Assembly: GCA_044360385.1 (NCBI GenBank)
Contig: JBIKKK010000001.1
Location: forward strand, 21,101 to 85,100
From: Candidatus Nanopelagicales bacterium
Lineage (GTDB): Bacteria > Actinomycetota > Actinomycetes > S36-B12
Direction of reading: 5' to 3'
DNA length: 64,000 nucleotides
Below, piece after piece: positions 1 through 11,699 of this stretch (position 1 is its first letter; each line of letters begins with the position of its first letter). The position numbers and the translations under genes are program-made. The notes beneath the pieces are model-generated. The model saw nothing but the letters and a program-made list of their open reading frames with translations. It was not told the origin of the DNA and did no database searches.

Positions 1-41
1 CGCCTGCCCGCGGAGCCGGCCGGATCTGAGGTTGCGGGCGC

Positions 42-848
42 ATGAGCGGCCTGCCCGTCATCGGATCCGATGCGCCCTGGCCCGGTGGGCCCTTCAGCGC
101 GACCGTCACCTGTGTCCTGGCACCTAACCCCAGCCCCATGACCCTCGACGGGACCAATACCTGGCTGATCGGCCAACCCGGAGGCGCCATTGTGGTTATC
201 GACCCGGGTCCCGATGACGACGCGCACCTCCAGGCGATCGTCGATGCAGCACAGGGCCGCGTCGTCCAGATCCTGCTCACGCACGGACATCCTGATCACG
301 CCGAGGGCGCGCGACACCTCCATGAGATGACGGGTGCTCCCGTGCGCGCCCTGGACCCCACTCACGTCCTCGGCGCAGAGGGTCTCGGTGCGGGTGACGT
401 GGTCGTGGCCAGCAGTGACGAGATCCACGTGATCGCGACACCGGGGCACACCTCCGATTGCCTGAGCTTCCACCTCCCGCGCGATAGCGCGCTGCTCACC
501 GGCGACACGGTGCTCGGGCGCGGCACCACGGTCGTTGCGTGGCCCGACGGCCATCTGGGCGACTACCTGGCGTCGCTTGCCGCGCTGCGCTCACGAGCCG
601 AGGCGAGTGAGGCCCGCGCGATCCTTCCCGGACACGGGCCCGTCCTCGCCGATCCCATCGCTGTCCTCGATGCCTATCTCGATCACCGCCGTGCCCGACT
701 CGAGCAGGTGCGTGCCGCGGTCGCTGCCGGTGCGCGCACCCCGGACGAGGTCGTCGATGCGGTCTACGACCACATCCCCGAATCCGTGCGCTGGGCCGCC
801 CTGCTGAGCACGCGTGCCCAGCTCGCCTACCTCGATGGCCTCGGCTAA
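42..848 (+). CDS. MBL-fold metallo-hydrolase (glyoxalase II-like)
   Basis: 268-aa ORF with the metallo-beta-lactamase metal motif LTHGHPDHAEG plus downstream TPGHT and LPGHG. It lies next to crp, as in other actinobacteria. Confidence 0.85.
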   Translation: MSGLPVIGSDAPWPGGPFSATVTCVLAPNPSPMTLDGTNTWLIGQPGGAIVVIDPGPDDDAHLQAIVDAAQGRVVQILLTHGHPDHAEGARHLHEMTGAPVRALDPTHVLGAEGLGAGDVVVASSDEIHVIATPGHTSDCLSFHLPRDSALLTGDTVLGRGTTVVAWPDGHLGDYLASLAALRSRAEASEARAILPGHGPVLADPIAVLDAYLDHRRARLEQVRAAVAAGARTPDEVVDAVYDHIPESVRWAALLSTRAQLAYLDGLG

Positions 849-857
849 AGCTGGACG

Positions 858-905
858 TCCCGGTAATCGAGGTTTCTCGGTTCCCGCAAACCTCGATTAC
901 CGGGA
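858..905. terminator. Bidirectional hairpin between convergent MBL hydrolase and crp
   Basis: Perfect 18-bp inverted repeat TCCCGGTAATCGAGGTTT / AAACCTCGATTACCGGGA with a 12-nt loop, centred between the stops at 848 and 949. Confidence 0.65.
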
Positions 906-948
906 ACTTGGAGCAGATGAGCTCGCCGCGCGAGCCGCTCAGCCCTGA

Positions 949-1623
949 TTAGCGCGCTCGCCGCGCGAGCCGCTCCATATCAAGCAGCAGAACCTGCCGC
1001 TGGTCCACCTCAATCCACCCGCGCTGCGTGAAGTCCGCCAGCGCCTTGTTGACCGTCTCTCGCGAAGCGCCCACCAACTGAGCAAGCTCCTCCTGGGTGA
1101 GGTCATGGTGGACGAGCACGCCGTCGGGTCCGGGCTGGCCGAACTTGTCGGCGAGCTCCAGCAACTGCTTGGCGACACGGCCGGGGACATCGGAGAAGAC
1201 CAGGTCCGCGAGGGCCTCGTTGGTACGGCGCAGACGCTGGGCCAGTGCCTGCAGCAGCGCCTCGGCGACCTCGGGCCGGCCGGTGAGCCACGGGCGCAGG
1301 TCGGTGTGGCCGAGGCCCACGACCACGGTGTCGGTGACAGCTGTGGCGGTGGCGGTGCGAGGCCCCGGATCGAAGAGCGACAACTCGCCGAAGACCTCGC
1401 CCGGTCCGAGGACAGCGAGGAGGGACTCGCGGCCATCGGGGGATGTCTGCCCGAGCTTGACCTTCCCGTCGAGGATGACGTACATCCGGTCGCCGGGCTC
1501 GCCCTCGGAGAAGATGATGCCCGCGCGGGGCACGCGCTTCTCGGTCATCGAGGCGCGAAGGGCAGCGGCAGCCTCGGCGTCGAGCGCCGAGAAGAGCGGT
1601 GCCTGCATCATTGCGTCGTCCAC
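949..1623 (-). CDS. crp: cAMP receptor protein, Crp/Fnr family transcriptional regulator
   Basis: 224 aa, near-colinear by eye with mycobacterial Crp / corynebacterial GlxR. Shared segments include GEPGDRMYVILDGKVKLG, FGELSLFDPGPRT and the C-terminal HTH TQEELAQLVGASRETVNKALADF...ERLARRAR. Confidence 0.95.
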   Translation of the reverse strand: MDDAMMQAPLFSALDAEAAAALRASMTEKRVPRAGIIFSEGEPGDRMYVILDGKVKLGQTSPDGRESLLAVLGPGEVFGELSLFDPGPRTATATAVTDTVVVGLGHTDLRPWLTGRPEVAEALLQALAQRLRRTNEALADLVFSDVPGRVAKQLLELADKFGQPGPDGVLVHHDLTQEELAQLVGASRETVNKALADFTQRGWIEVDQRQVLLLDMERLARRAR

Positions 1624-1733
1624 GGGACCTCCTCGTCACAGTCTGGCGCATGAGGGACGCCGGGGCCCGTGCAGGTGGGCGGCGCGGCCGATGAGTTCAC
1701 CCCACGGCCACGGGGGCGACGTACTCTGACCGG

Positions 1734-2411
1734 GTGCCCGATGCCGCCCGCTTGGCCCGCCGCATGGGCCGCGCCCTGGCCGAGGCCTACCCGGATGCAG
1801 ATACCGAGCTCGACTTCGCCAACCCACTCCAACTCCTCGTGGCCACCGTCCTGTCGGCCCAGAGCACCGACGAGCGGGTCAATGCCATCACCCCTGCGCT
1901 CTTCGCGCGCTACCCCGACGCCGAGGCCTACGCCGCCGCTGACCGTGCGGAGCTGGAGTCCCTGATCCAGACGGTCGGCCTCTATCGCTCGAAGGCCGCG
2001 AGCATCCAGGGACTCGCCCAGGCCCTCTGCGAGCGTCACGGTGGCGAAGTGCCCGACACGCTTGGTGCGTTGGTGGCGCTGCCGGGCGTGGGCCGCAAGA
2101 CGGCCAACGTCGTGCTGGGCAATACCTTCGGTATCCCCGGCATCACGGTCGACACCCATGTCGGCCGACTCGCCCGGCGCTTCGGCTGGACCGAGCAGAC
2201 GGCGCCCGACAAGGTCGAAGCCGATCTCATGGGACTCTTCCCGGCGTCGGAGTGGACCGACCTGTCCCACCGGATGATCCTCCACGGTCGGCGCGTCTGT
2301 CACGCCCGCAAGCCCGCGTGCGACGCGTGTCCGCTCGCGTCGATGTGCCCGTCGTCTGCGGTCATGCCTGCACCGAAAGCCCGGCAGGCCCCCACCCAGG
2401 CACCGTCATGA
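1734..2411 (+). CDS. nth: Endonuclease III (DNA-(apurinic or apyrimidinic site) lyase)
   Basis: HhH-GPD signature [14 protein letters not shown], catalytic VDTHV, and the C-terminal 4Fe-4S cluster loop [20 protein letters not shown] start. Confidence 0.9.
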   Translation: MPDAARLARRMGRALAEAYPDADTELDFANPLQLLVATVLSAQSTDERVNAITPALFARYPDAEAYAAADRAELESLIQTVGLYRSKAASIQGLAQALCERHGGEVPDTLGALVALPGVGRKTANVVLGNTFGIPGITVDTHVGRLARRFGWTEQTAPDKVEADLMGLFPASEWTDLSHRMILHGRRVCHARKPACDACPLASMCPSSAVMPAPKARQAPTQAPS

Positions 2412-3088
2412 CGCTGCGTGATCCCGCGACGGGCTATGCCCTACCCGGGGTGGATCTGCCGGAGTGGCTGCGACCCGTCGCTGATGCAGTCGCGGGTGTC
2501 AAGGGATCGGACCTCACGCGATTCCTGCCCCCGCCGATCGGCGGGCGCGCCTCGGCCGTGCTCATGCTGCTTGGCGAGGGGGACCGGGGCCCTGATCTGC
2601 TGCTCATCGAGCGTGCGCGCGCTATGCGCTCGCACGCGGGTCAGCCGGCCTTCCCCGGGGGCGCACTGGATCCGGGCGACGCGGGACCCATCGCTGCAGC
2701 TTTGCGGGAGGCGCAGGAAGAGACCGCGCTTGATCCGTCGGGCGTAGAACCCTTCGCGCTCCTGCCGGACCTCTGGGTGCCGGTGAGCGACTTCATCGTC
2801 ACGCCGGTGCTTGCCTGGTGGCGCGAGCCCTCGCCGGTCCGCGTGGCGGATCCATCCGAGGTGGCGAGTGTCCACCGCGTGCCCATCGAGGAGTTGGCCG
2901 ATCCAGCGCGACGCATGCGGGTGCGCCACCCGTCCGGCTACGTCGGCTCTGGGTTCGACGTAGCCGGACTGCTCGTGTGGGGTTTCACTGCCGGCCTCAT
3001 CAGCGGTCTCCTCGACCTCGCCGACTGGAGCAGGCCGTGGGATTCCGAGCGCATCGTGGATCTCGACCCGGGCGAGGATCTGGCGTGA
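2408..3088 (+). CDS. NUDIX hydrolase (CoA pyrophosphatase-like)
   Basis: Nudix box [26 protein letters not shown] trimmed the tracked ORF (2252) to ATG 2408, which overlaps the nth stop as ATGA. Confidence 0.8.
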   Translation: MTLRDPATGYALPGVDLPEWLRPVADAVAGVKGSDLTRFLPPPIGGRASAVLMLLGEGDRGPDLLLIERARAMRSHAGQPAFPGGALDPGDAGPIAAALREAQEETALDPSGVEPFALLPDLWVPVSDFIVTPVLAWWREPSPVRVADPSEVASVHRVPIEELADPARRMRVRHPSGYVGSGFDVAGLLVWGFTAGLISGLLDLADWSRPWDSERIVDLDPGEDLA

Positions 3089-4266
3089 ACGTCGTCGACG
3101 CCATTGTCCTCGCCGCGATCGTGGTCTTCGCCTGGACGGGATGGCGCCAGGGCTTCGTCGCGGGCCTGCTCTCCTTCGGTGGCTTTCTCATCGGAGCCCT
3201 TACGGCCGCGCTGTTGCTGCCTCGCGTACTCGAAGGCTTGGCGCTGCCGGGCTTCCTCGGTGCCGTCATCCTCGCGACGGCGATCCTCGTGGCGGCTCTC
3301 GCGGGCCAGACCCTCGCCTCGTTCCTGGGGCGCCGCCTGCGCTCTGGGATGACGTGGAAGGGAGTGCAGGTCGTGGATAGCGCGGCGGGGGCGGCACTCA
3401 ACGTCGTCGCCCTCGCGGTCGTCCTATGGATCATCGCGACCGCTGTCGGTCTGGTGCCGAGTCTCGCTGTCGCTCGTGAGATCCGCTCCTCGCTCGTCTT
3501 GCGGACCCTCGACTCCGCCGTGCCCGACCGTGCGCGCGACCTCTTCTCGGGACTGCGCAATGCCGTGGATGCCTCGGGACTGCCGCGGGTCTTCTCGGGA
3601 CTCGGCCAGTACGCCGGACCGCAGGTGCCCGCGCCCAATGATCGTCTCCTGAGGGACCCAGCCATCCGCGCGGCGTGGCCATCACTCGTCAAGGTCACCG
3701 CTGTCGCCTGCGATGCCGTCGTCACCGGGTCAGGCTTCGCCTACGCGTCGGGTCGGATTCTCACCAACGCGCATGTCATCGCGGGCTCGGAGCAGCCGAG
3801 CGTGCGTATCCCCGGAGACCCATTGAGCTACGCCGCGACAGTCGTGGCCACCGATCCGCGACTCGATCTTGCCGTGCTACGCGTCGACGGACTCCCCGCG
3901 CCGCCACTTGCCTTCGCCACGCGCGCGGCCGAGACGGGAGACAGCGCTGTCGTCGCGGGATTCCCCGGCGGTGGCGATCTCGAGGCTGAGGCGGCGCGCA
4001 TCCGCGCGCGTATCGATGCTCGCGGAGAAGACATCTACGGGCGCTCCGGTGTCGTGCGCGATGTCTACTCTTTCCGCGGTACCGTCGTACCGGGCAACTC
4101 GGGTGGTCCGCTTCTCGCTCCCAACGGACGCGTCTACGGGGTGGTCTTCGCTGCAGGCCTCGGCGAGGAGGAGACCGGCTACGCGATCACCGCAGAGCAG
4201 GCGGCCCCGCTGGCCGCGCAGGGTGTCACGGCCTCGGACGCCGTCGATACCGGCCGCTGCCGCTAG
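3085..4266 (+). CDS. marP: MarP-like membrane serine protease (CvpA-type TM domain plus trypsin-like S1 domain)
   Basis: The N-terminus has about 4 TM helices (VVDAIVLAAIVVFAWTGW...). The C-terminal catalytic triad contexts are TNAHVIAG, DLAVLRV and PGNSGGPLL. GTG 3085 overlaps the NUDIX stop (GTGA). Confidence 0.8.
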   Translation: MNVVDAIVLAAIVVFAWTGWRQGFVAGLLSFGGFLIGALTAALLLPRVLEGLALPGFLGAVILATAILVAALAGQTLASFLGRRLRSGMTWKGVQVVDSAAGAALNVVALAVVLWIIATAVGLVPSLAVAREIRSSLVLRTLDSAVPDRARDLFSGLRNAVDASGLPRVFSGLGQYAGPQVPAPNDRLLRDPAIRAAWPSLVKVTAVACDAVVTGSGFAYASGRILTNAHVIAGSEQPSVRIPGDPLSYAATVVATDPRLDLAVLRVDGLPAPPLAFATRAAETGDSAVVAGFPGGGDLEAEAARIRARIDARGEDIYGRSGVVRDVYSFRGTVVPGNSGGPLLAPNGRVYGVVFAAGLGEEETGYAITAEQAAPLAAQGVTASDAVDTGRCR

Positions 4267-4649
4267 ACGTCGTTCGCGCCGCAGGGGACGGTCAGGGAGT
4301 TGATGAGCGATTGGGTGGCGTCGTCCACGGGACCGGCGTACTCCTCGATGCTCACCTGACCCCGCGCAATGAGCCGTGAAGCGCCCACCGGGTTGCCGCG
4401 GGCCGCGTGCGTCACCCCCGCGGCTGCCTGGGCGAGGCCGCGCCACAGCATCCGCTCGTCAGCGGGGCAGCAGCGCCAGCGCATCTCGAGCACTTCGTGA
4501 GCGTGGAAGGGGAGACCCTGGTCCAGATACGCCGTGGCCTCGTCGATGGCCTCGCGAGATGTGATGTGCTCTCGCTGGTGAACGCCGGGATAGCCGACGG
4601 CATCCGGGGCCAGCGGGCGACCGAGCCGGTCGCGGGGCCTCTCAGTCAC
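4263..4649 (-). CDS. DUF309 domain protein
   Basis: Matches the DUF309 pattern as I recall it: FHAHEVLEMRW...WRGLAQAAAGVTHAARGNPVGA. The GTG start overlaps the upstream hydrolase stop by 8 nt. Confidence 0.7.
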   Translation of the reverse strand: MTERPRDRLGRPLAPDAVGYPGVHQREHITSREAIDEATAYLDQGLPFHAHEVLEMRWRCCPADERMLWRGLAQAAAGVTHAARGNPVGASRLIARGQVSIEEYAGPVDDATQSLINSLTVPCGANDV

Positions 4650-5562
4650 GGGGCAGGCCGGCCAGCCAACTCAACACGAGCGCGTCGAAGTGCTCCGGTG
4701 CCTCCTCGTGTGGGAAGTGGCCGACGGAGTCGATGACGCGGAATTCGTACGGCCCGTGCACCCACTCGCCGGAACCCTCGGCACTGCGCAGGAGCACGGA
4801 GGGATCCTCGGCGCCGTGAATGTGGAGCACCGGGACCTCGATGGGCGTCTCCATGCGATGGCCGTAGCGGACACCGTCGGTGCGCACGAGCGAGCGCAGC
4901 GCCCAGCGGTGGTACTCGACTGCGCAATGAGCAGTCGGCCACAGGGAAAAGGCGGAACGATAGGCGAGCGCGGTCTGGGCATCGGGCCACCCCGGTGTCG
5001 CCGACCACGACTGCAGGATCTCGGCGACGCGGGAGCAGTCGTCTGCCATGAGCGAGCGCTCGGGCAGGAAGGGCCATTGGAAGCCCACGGCGTAGAGAGC
5101 CTGTCGACGTTGGATGGCATCCCGCACGATGGCCGCCCGGAAGCGCCGCGGGTGCGGCATGGACACCGGGACGATGGCATCCACCACCTCGGGATCGAGT
5201 ACGGCCATGCTCCACGCGATCAGGCCGCCCCAGCCGTGGCCCATCACGGTCGCCGATGGCTCGCCGAGGCTGCGAATCACGCCCGCGACGTCGCGGGAGA
5301 GGGTCGTGGGGTCGTAGCCGTGCGGGGTGTGGTCTGAGCCGCCGTAGCCCCGCAGGTCCATGGCGACGACCCGGTAGCCGGCGTCGACGAACGTGCGGAG
5401 TTGATGTCGCCAGGACCACCAGAGGGTGGGGAAGCCATGAAGCAAGACCACGAGCGGACCTTCGCCGGCCTCGACGATGTGGAAGCGCGCTCCGTTAGCG
5501 GAAACCTCACGATGTGCCCAGGGACCGGGCGCGCGGATGATGACGTCTGGATCGAGGAGCAC
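4642..5562 (-). CDS. Alpha/beta hydrolase, epoxide-hydrolase-like (EphE-like)
   Basis: HGFPTLWWSWRHQL oxyanion region, nucleophile elbow MGHGWGG, and C-terminal GHFPHEE. Confidence 0.8.
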   Translation of the reverse strand: MLLDPDVIIRAPGPWAHREVSANGARFHIVEAGEGPLVVLLHGFPTLWWSWRHQLRTFVDAGYRVVAMDLRGYGGSDHTPHGYDPTTLSRDVAGVIRSLGEPSATVMGHGWGGLIAWSMAVLDPEVVDAIVPVSMPHPRRFRAAIVRDAIQRRQALYAVGFQWPFLPERSLMADDCSRVAEILQSWSATPGWPDAQTALAYRSAFSLWPTAHCAVEYHRWALRSLVRTDGVRYGHRMETPIEVPVLHIHGAEDPSVLLRSAEGSGEWVHGPYEFRVIDSVGHFPHEEAPEHFDALVLSWLAGLPRD

Positions 5563-5568
5563 GTGGCG

Positions 5569-6000
5569 TCAGCGCTCGGGCAGGGCGCGCGACTCCGTCA
5601 CCTGTTCGACAGCCCCCTGCAGGGTCGTCTTGGTCTGCTCGATCTGGGCGATCGTGCGGTCCGGGCCCTTGATCTTGCTCGCTTCCTTCTTGCCGAGGAG
5701 TCCGAGGATTGCCGCCACGACGAAGAGCAGCAGCGTCACGATGCCGAAGCCAGCCCACACAGGCAGGCCCAGTGCGACGAGGACATACGCGAGCGTGACG
5801 AGCAGGAAGATCCCGCCGAGCGCGGCCATTGACAGTGCGGTCACCAGGAAGATGCCGGTCTTGCCCGCAGCGCGCCCGGTCTGCTGGAGCTCGAGCTTGG
5901 CCAGCGCGATCTGCGCCTTGACCAGGCGCTGGAGGTCGGCGACGGCAGCGGCGACGAGGGCCTTGATCGAGGCCTCCCCCGGGGGAGTCGTGTCGGGCAT
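5569..6000 (-). CDS. Holin-X / DUF1469-like small membrane protein
   Basis: Amphipathic N-terminus (LQRLVKAQIALAKLELQQTG), then two TM helices and a charged tail. The start is taken at MPDTT (ATG 6000). No phage genes nearby. Confidence 0.6.
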   Translation of the reverse strand: MPDTTPPGEASIKALVAAAVADLQRLVKAQIALAKLELQQTGRAAGKTGIFLVTALSMAALGGIFLLVTLAYVLVALGLPVWAGFGIVTLLLFVVAAILGLLGKKEASKIKGPDRTIAQIEQTKTTLQGAVEQVTESRALPER

Positions 6001-6032
6001 GGTGGTCTCCTTCGCTGTCCGTCTCACGAAGG

Positions 6033-7382
6033 CTAGTGGGTCGCTTGGGGTGGTGTGCCCGCTTCCCCATCGGGGGCCCCTTGATAGACGTCAGGAATCC
6101 CATCGCGGTCCACGTCGGCCTCCTCGATGGCGGCTTCACGGCGGTAGTGCCTATTGCGGGCCAAGAGGAGAACCGAGGCAATGAGGGCGGCGATGACCGA
6201 CGCCGAGAAGACCGCCACCTTCGCGCTGTCGAGGAGCCCCTCATCGGTGGCGTACGCCAACTCCGTGATGAGCAGCGCGACGGTGAAGCCGATGCCCGCG
6301 AGCACGCCCACCGCGAGGACGTCTCGCCAGCCGATCGCGGGGTTGAGGCGTGCGCGCGTGAACCGGGCCATGAGCCAGGCGGTGGAGACGATGCCGAGGG
6401 GCTTGCCGAGGATGAGGCCGGCCATGATGCCGATCGCGACGGGGTTGCTCAGGGGCTCGATAAGCCCGGTACTACGCAGGTCGACACCGGCGGCGAAGAA
6501 GGCGAAGAGTGGCACGCACAGTCCGGCACTGAGTGGCAAGAGCATGCGCTGCAGGCGATCCACCGGCGACTCTGTCTCCCCAGGGTCTGTGCTCGAGCGC
6601 GTGAGCAGTGCCATCGCGACACCGGCGACGGTGGCGTGGACGCCGCTCTCGTGCATCGCCCACCAGATGACGAGCGCGAGTGGGATGTAGATGAAGGGAC
6701 TGCGCACTCGGCGCCGCTGCAGCAGCCAGTAGACGCCGAGCAGAGCCACCGCCAGGAGGAAGTAGGCGATGGAAAAGCCCTTGGAGTAGAAGATCGCGAT
6801 GATCGTGATCGCGCCCAGGTCGTCGACGACGGCGAGGGTCAGGAGGAAGGCGCGCAAGGCGACAGGGAGCATGCGCCCCACGACCGCGAGCACGGCGAGA
6901 GCGAAGGCAATGTCCGTGGCCATCGGCACGGCCCAGCCGCGCAACCCGCCGTCCTCTCCTGACGTCGCCACGATCGCCACGAAGATGAGCGCGGGGACCG
7001 CCATCCCGCCGAGGGCGGCGGCGATGGGGACGGCAGCCTGGGCGGGCTTGGACAGTGTGCCGTGGGTGAGTTCGTGCTTGAGCTCGAGTCCGGCGACGAA
7101 GAAGAAGACCGCGAGCATGCCATCGGCAGCCCACGTCGCGAGGCTGAGGTTGAGGCCCAGTGCCTCGGGGCCGACGGTGATGGCGCCCAACGCGAAGTAG
7201 GCATCACCCCACGGTGAATTGGCCCACGCGAGAGCAATGACCGCAGCGATGAGCAGCAGTACGCCGCCGATGGTTTCCCCGCGGAGTGCGCGCAGCAGCC
7301 AGATGCGCTCGCCGAGAGTGGGGCGGTCGAAGATCTGGTGCGTCATGCCATCAGGCAATGGACTCCCAGCAGGGGTGGTCAC
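6033..7382 (-). CDS. nhaA: Na+/H+ antiporter NhaA
   Basis: 449 aa, about 12 TM helices, with NhaA-type segments FFFVAGLELKHEL and the TLAVVDDLGAI DD pair. The start could instead be the internal MTHQIF. Confidence 0.9.
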   Translation of the reverse strand: MTTPAGSPLPDGMTHQIFDRPTLGERIWLLRALRGETIGGVLLLIAAVIALAWANSPWGDAYFALGAITVGPEALGLNLSLATWAADGMLAVFFFVAGLELKHELTHGTLSKPAQAAVPIAAALGGMAVPALIFVAIVATSGEDGGLRGWAVPMATDIAFALAVLAVVGRMLPVALRAFLLTLAVVDDLGAITIIAIFYSKGFSIAYFLLAVALLGVYWLLQRRRVRSPFIYIPLALVIWWAMHESGVHATVAGVAMALLTRSSTDPGETESPVDRLQRMLLPLSAGLCVPLFAFFAAGVDLRSTGLIEPLSNPVAIGIMAGLILGKPLGIVSTAWLMARFTRARLNPAIGWRDVLAVGVLAGIGFTVALLITELAYATDEGLLDSAKVAVFSASVIAALIASVLLLARNRHYRREAAIEEADVDRDGIPDVYQGAPDGEAGTPPQATH

Positions 7383-7497
7383 GCGGGGCCTCCAGGGTCG
7401 GTCGTATGACTGCCGACCAGGCTTCCCGGCTCACCGCGGGTCAATCTACCCGCAGCGCGGATCCATCCTCCTCGCGGGCTCAATCGTTAAGTGGCGC

Positions 7498-9462
<1,965 letters not shown>

Positions 9463-9672
9463 GTCTCCTCCTTGAGGTCCTCACCGCCGCTCGTGCTCTC
9501 GGCGTGTGACATGGGCCACGGTAGTCGCCCGCTGTGAGCGGCGAGGGGGCTCTGGGAGACAGGGCGGGTACGCCGACCCGCAGTCCCCGCGCGTCACGGG
9601 GAGCCTTGGGCGCCCGCCATGCGTCAGGATGGGGAGAGGTCGGTCCCCCCGATCACAACACTGGAGGTTCGG

Positions 9673-10923
9673 ATGCGCCCCCGCGTGCTCGTCCCGCTGC
9701 TGCTCGCCCTGGCGGCAGCCATGGGCCTGGTCGTGGGCGCGGTGCTGCCCGGCTCCCCCTCGACCCCGACCGCAGACTCCTCGGCGTCGGCCTCCGCCGA
9801 TCCCAGCGATGGCGGCACGCCCGAGTCGCCCACGGCGGAGCCGCTGCCCACCGACTCCTCTGCATCCCCGGTCATCGGCGAGGTCATGGGTGAGGGCGGC
9901 GGAGTGTCCGCGGTCAATCTCCCGCAGCCGGACTTCCCCGTAGAAAAGCTTGCTCCGGGCGAGAAGCCGCCGCAGTTCGTCACCATTTCCTTCGACGGCT
10001 CCTGCAGCCTCGACATCATGCGGCACTACCTGGACACCGCCGAGCAGGTGGATGCCTTCTTCACGTTCTTCATCTCCGGGCTGTGCCTGCTGCCCGAGGC
10101 CGACCGTTTCCTCTACCAGACTCCTGGCCGCGAGGCGGGCTCCAGCGCGATCGGCTTCGCCGACGATGCGCAGGAGGTCGTCGGGCGCATCGCCAATTAC
10201 AAGGAGGCCTACGAGCGCGGCCACGAGATGGGCACGCACTTCCTCGGTCACTGGTGCGAGCCCAATGACGGTGCGGTCAATTCATGGGGCCCCGCAGAGT
10301 GGCAGAGTGAATTCGCCCAGGACGCCGGTTTCATGGACAACTGGGCAGCCAACAACGGCATCACTGACCCGATTCCCCTGCCCTTCAATTACAGCGTGGT
10401 GCAGGGGGCGCGTACGCCGTGCCTCGAGGGGCAGCGCGACGTGATGTACCCGATCTTCGTCGAGAACGGCTTCACCTACGACGCGTCTAATCCCGGGATG
10501 CTTCAGTGGCCCGTGCAGAACGAGTACGGCCTGTGGGACTTCCCGCTGCAGACCATGAAGGTCATCGGCTACGACCGGTCGAATCTCTCCATGGACTACA
10601 ACTTCCTCTGCGCGCAAAACGACTGCCAGCAGCAGGCCGACCAGGCGACGTGCGACCGGATCGAGCAGTCGACGTACGACTCGCTCATGGCCGTGACCGA
10701 CGCGCTCTACAACGGCAATCGCGCGCCCTTCTTCTTCGGCAATCACTTCAACACCTGGGTGTGCGGTGCGTATCAGAACGCCATCACGCGCTATGTGCTT
10801 GATGCCTCCGCGAAGTACCCGGACCTGAAGTTCGTTTCCAACGCCCAGCTCGTGAAGTGGCTCGAGGCCCAGGACCCCGCGGTCCTGCAGCAGCTCGTGG
10901 CCCAGGGGGTGCAGTCGTACTGA
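9673..10923 (+). CDS. Secreted polysaccharide-deacetylase-like (NodB-fold) protein
   Basis: Signal/TM MRPRVLVPLLLALAAAMGLVVGAV, a Ser/Pro/Thr-rich linker, then NodB-like motifs TISFDGS and GHEMGTHFLGH. The function is family-level only. Confidence 0.55.
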   Translation: MRPRVLVPLLLALAAAMGLVVGAVLPGSPSTPTADSSASASADPSDGGTPESPTAEPLPTDSSASPVIGEVMGEGGGVSAVNLPQPDFPVEKLAPGEKPPQFVTISFDGSCSLDIMRHYLDTAEQVDAFFTFFISGLCLLPEADRFLYQTPGREAGSSAIGFADDAQEVVGRIANYKEAYERGHEMGTHFLGHWCEPNDGAVNSWGPAEWQSEFAQDAGFMDNWAANNGITDPIPLPFNYSVVQGARTPCLEGQRDVMYPIFVENGFTYDASNPGMLQWPVQNEYGLWDFPLQTMKVIGYDRSNLSMDYNFLCAQNDCQQQADQATCDRIEQSTYDSLMAVTDALYNGNRAPFFFGNHFNTWVCGAYQNAITRYVLDASAKYPDLKFVSNAQLVKWLEAQDPAVLQQLVAQGVQSY

Positions 10924-11699
10924 GCGATCCCCTCGCCACACTCGCCGGACTGCCGGGCGTCGGCGAGGCCTGCGATGCGGCCCGGGAGGAGATCGACCGC
11001 CTGCTCTGGGATCGCGGAGTCCGGGCGCGGGCATCCGAGATCGTCGCGGCCTCCGCCCTCACGGGCGCTCGTGATTCGGCGGCCCTCGAGGGTGCTGATC
11101 TCTCCCTCGACGTCGTGCGTGCGGGCCTCGATGATTCGCCACTCGGACGTGCAGTCGCCGCCTCGCTCGCCGTGACGAGCGCGGTGCCCGGTCAGGTAGA
11201 CGCCTGGCAGCGCGCACCGCTGCAGGTGCTCGCGCATCTGCATGCTCTCGCTGCGCGCGGCTTCGAGGTCGATGAAGCGCTGGGGCGCCCGCGTCAGCAG
11301 GACGAGGTCATCGATCCCTTGCATACGGGTACGCCTGCACCCTGGGCGGTCGTGCCCGATCGTCTTGTTGCGCTGGCCGACGTGCTCACGCAGCCCACTG
11401 CGGCACCAGCCCTGGTCGTGGCCGCGATTGCTCACGGGGAGCTCATGGCCCTGCAACCCTTCCGCTGGGGCTCCGGTCTCATCGCTCGGGCGAGCGTGCG
11501 TCTCGTGCTCGCGGGGCGAGGCGTCGATCCCGACCTGCTCAGCTGTCCGGAGGTGGGCATGCTCTCGCTCGGACGCAGCTCCTATGTGGCGGCCCTGCGG
11601 GGCTATCGCTCAGGTGAGCCTGCGGGTGTCGCCGAGTGGATCCGGTGGAATGCCTCCGCCGTGGGATTTGGGGCCTCCGCTGACGCACCCCACCGCTGA
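10857..11699 (+). CDS. Fido (Fic/Doc)-like protein with degenerate active-site motif
   Basis: QPFRWGSGLIAR aligns position-for-position with the Fic motif HPFx[DE]GNGRxxR (P, F, G, G and the final R kept; His, Asn and Arg lost). The start is uncertain: ATG 10857 overlaps the upstream gene by 67 nt, and CTG 10920 is an alternative. Confidence 0.5.
   Translation: MARGPGPRGPAAARGPGGAVVLSDPLATLAGLPGVGEACDAAREEIDRLLWDRGVRARASEIVAASALTGARDSAALEGADLSLDVVRAGLDDSPLGRAVAASLAVTSAVPGQVDAWQRAPLQVLAHLHALAARGFEVDEALGRPRQQDEVIDPLHTGTPAPWAVVPDRLVALADVLTQPTAAPALVVAAIAHGELMALQPFRWGSGLIARASVRLVLAGRGVDPDLLSCPEVGMLSLGRSSYVAALRGYRSGEPAGVAEWIRWNASAVGFGASADAPHR

Noticed and set aside
1624-1733. Crp autoregulatory box in the crp-nth divergent spacer
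   Set aside because: Only a lone TCACA half-site (CGTCACAGTCTGG) is visible, with no matching TGTGA partner at N6 spacing. That is insufficient to call.
5569-6000. A 'holin' gene as evidence of a prophage
   Set aside because: No terminase, capsid, integrase, endolysin or att-like repeats are nearby. The gene sits in a conserved nhaA / ephE-like / DUF309 operon, so it is a housekeeping Holin-X/DUF1469-type membrane protein.
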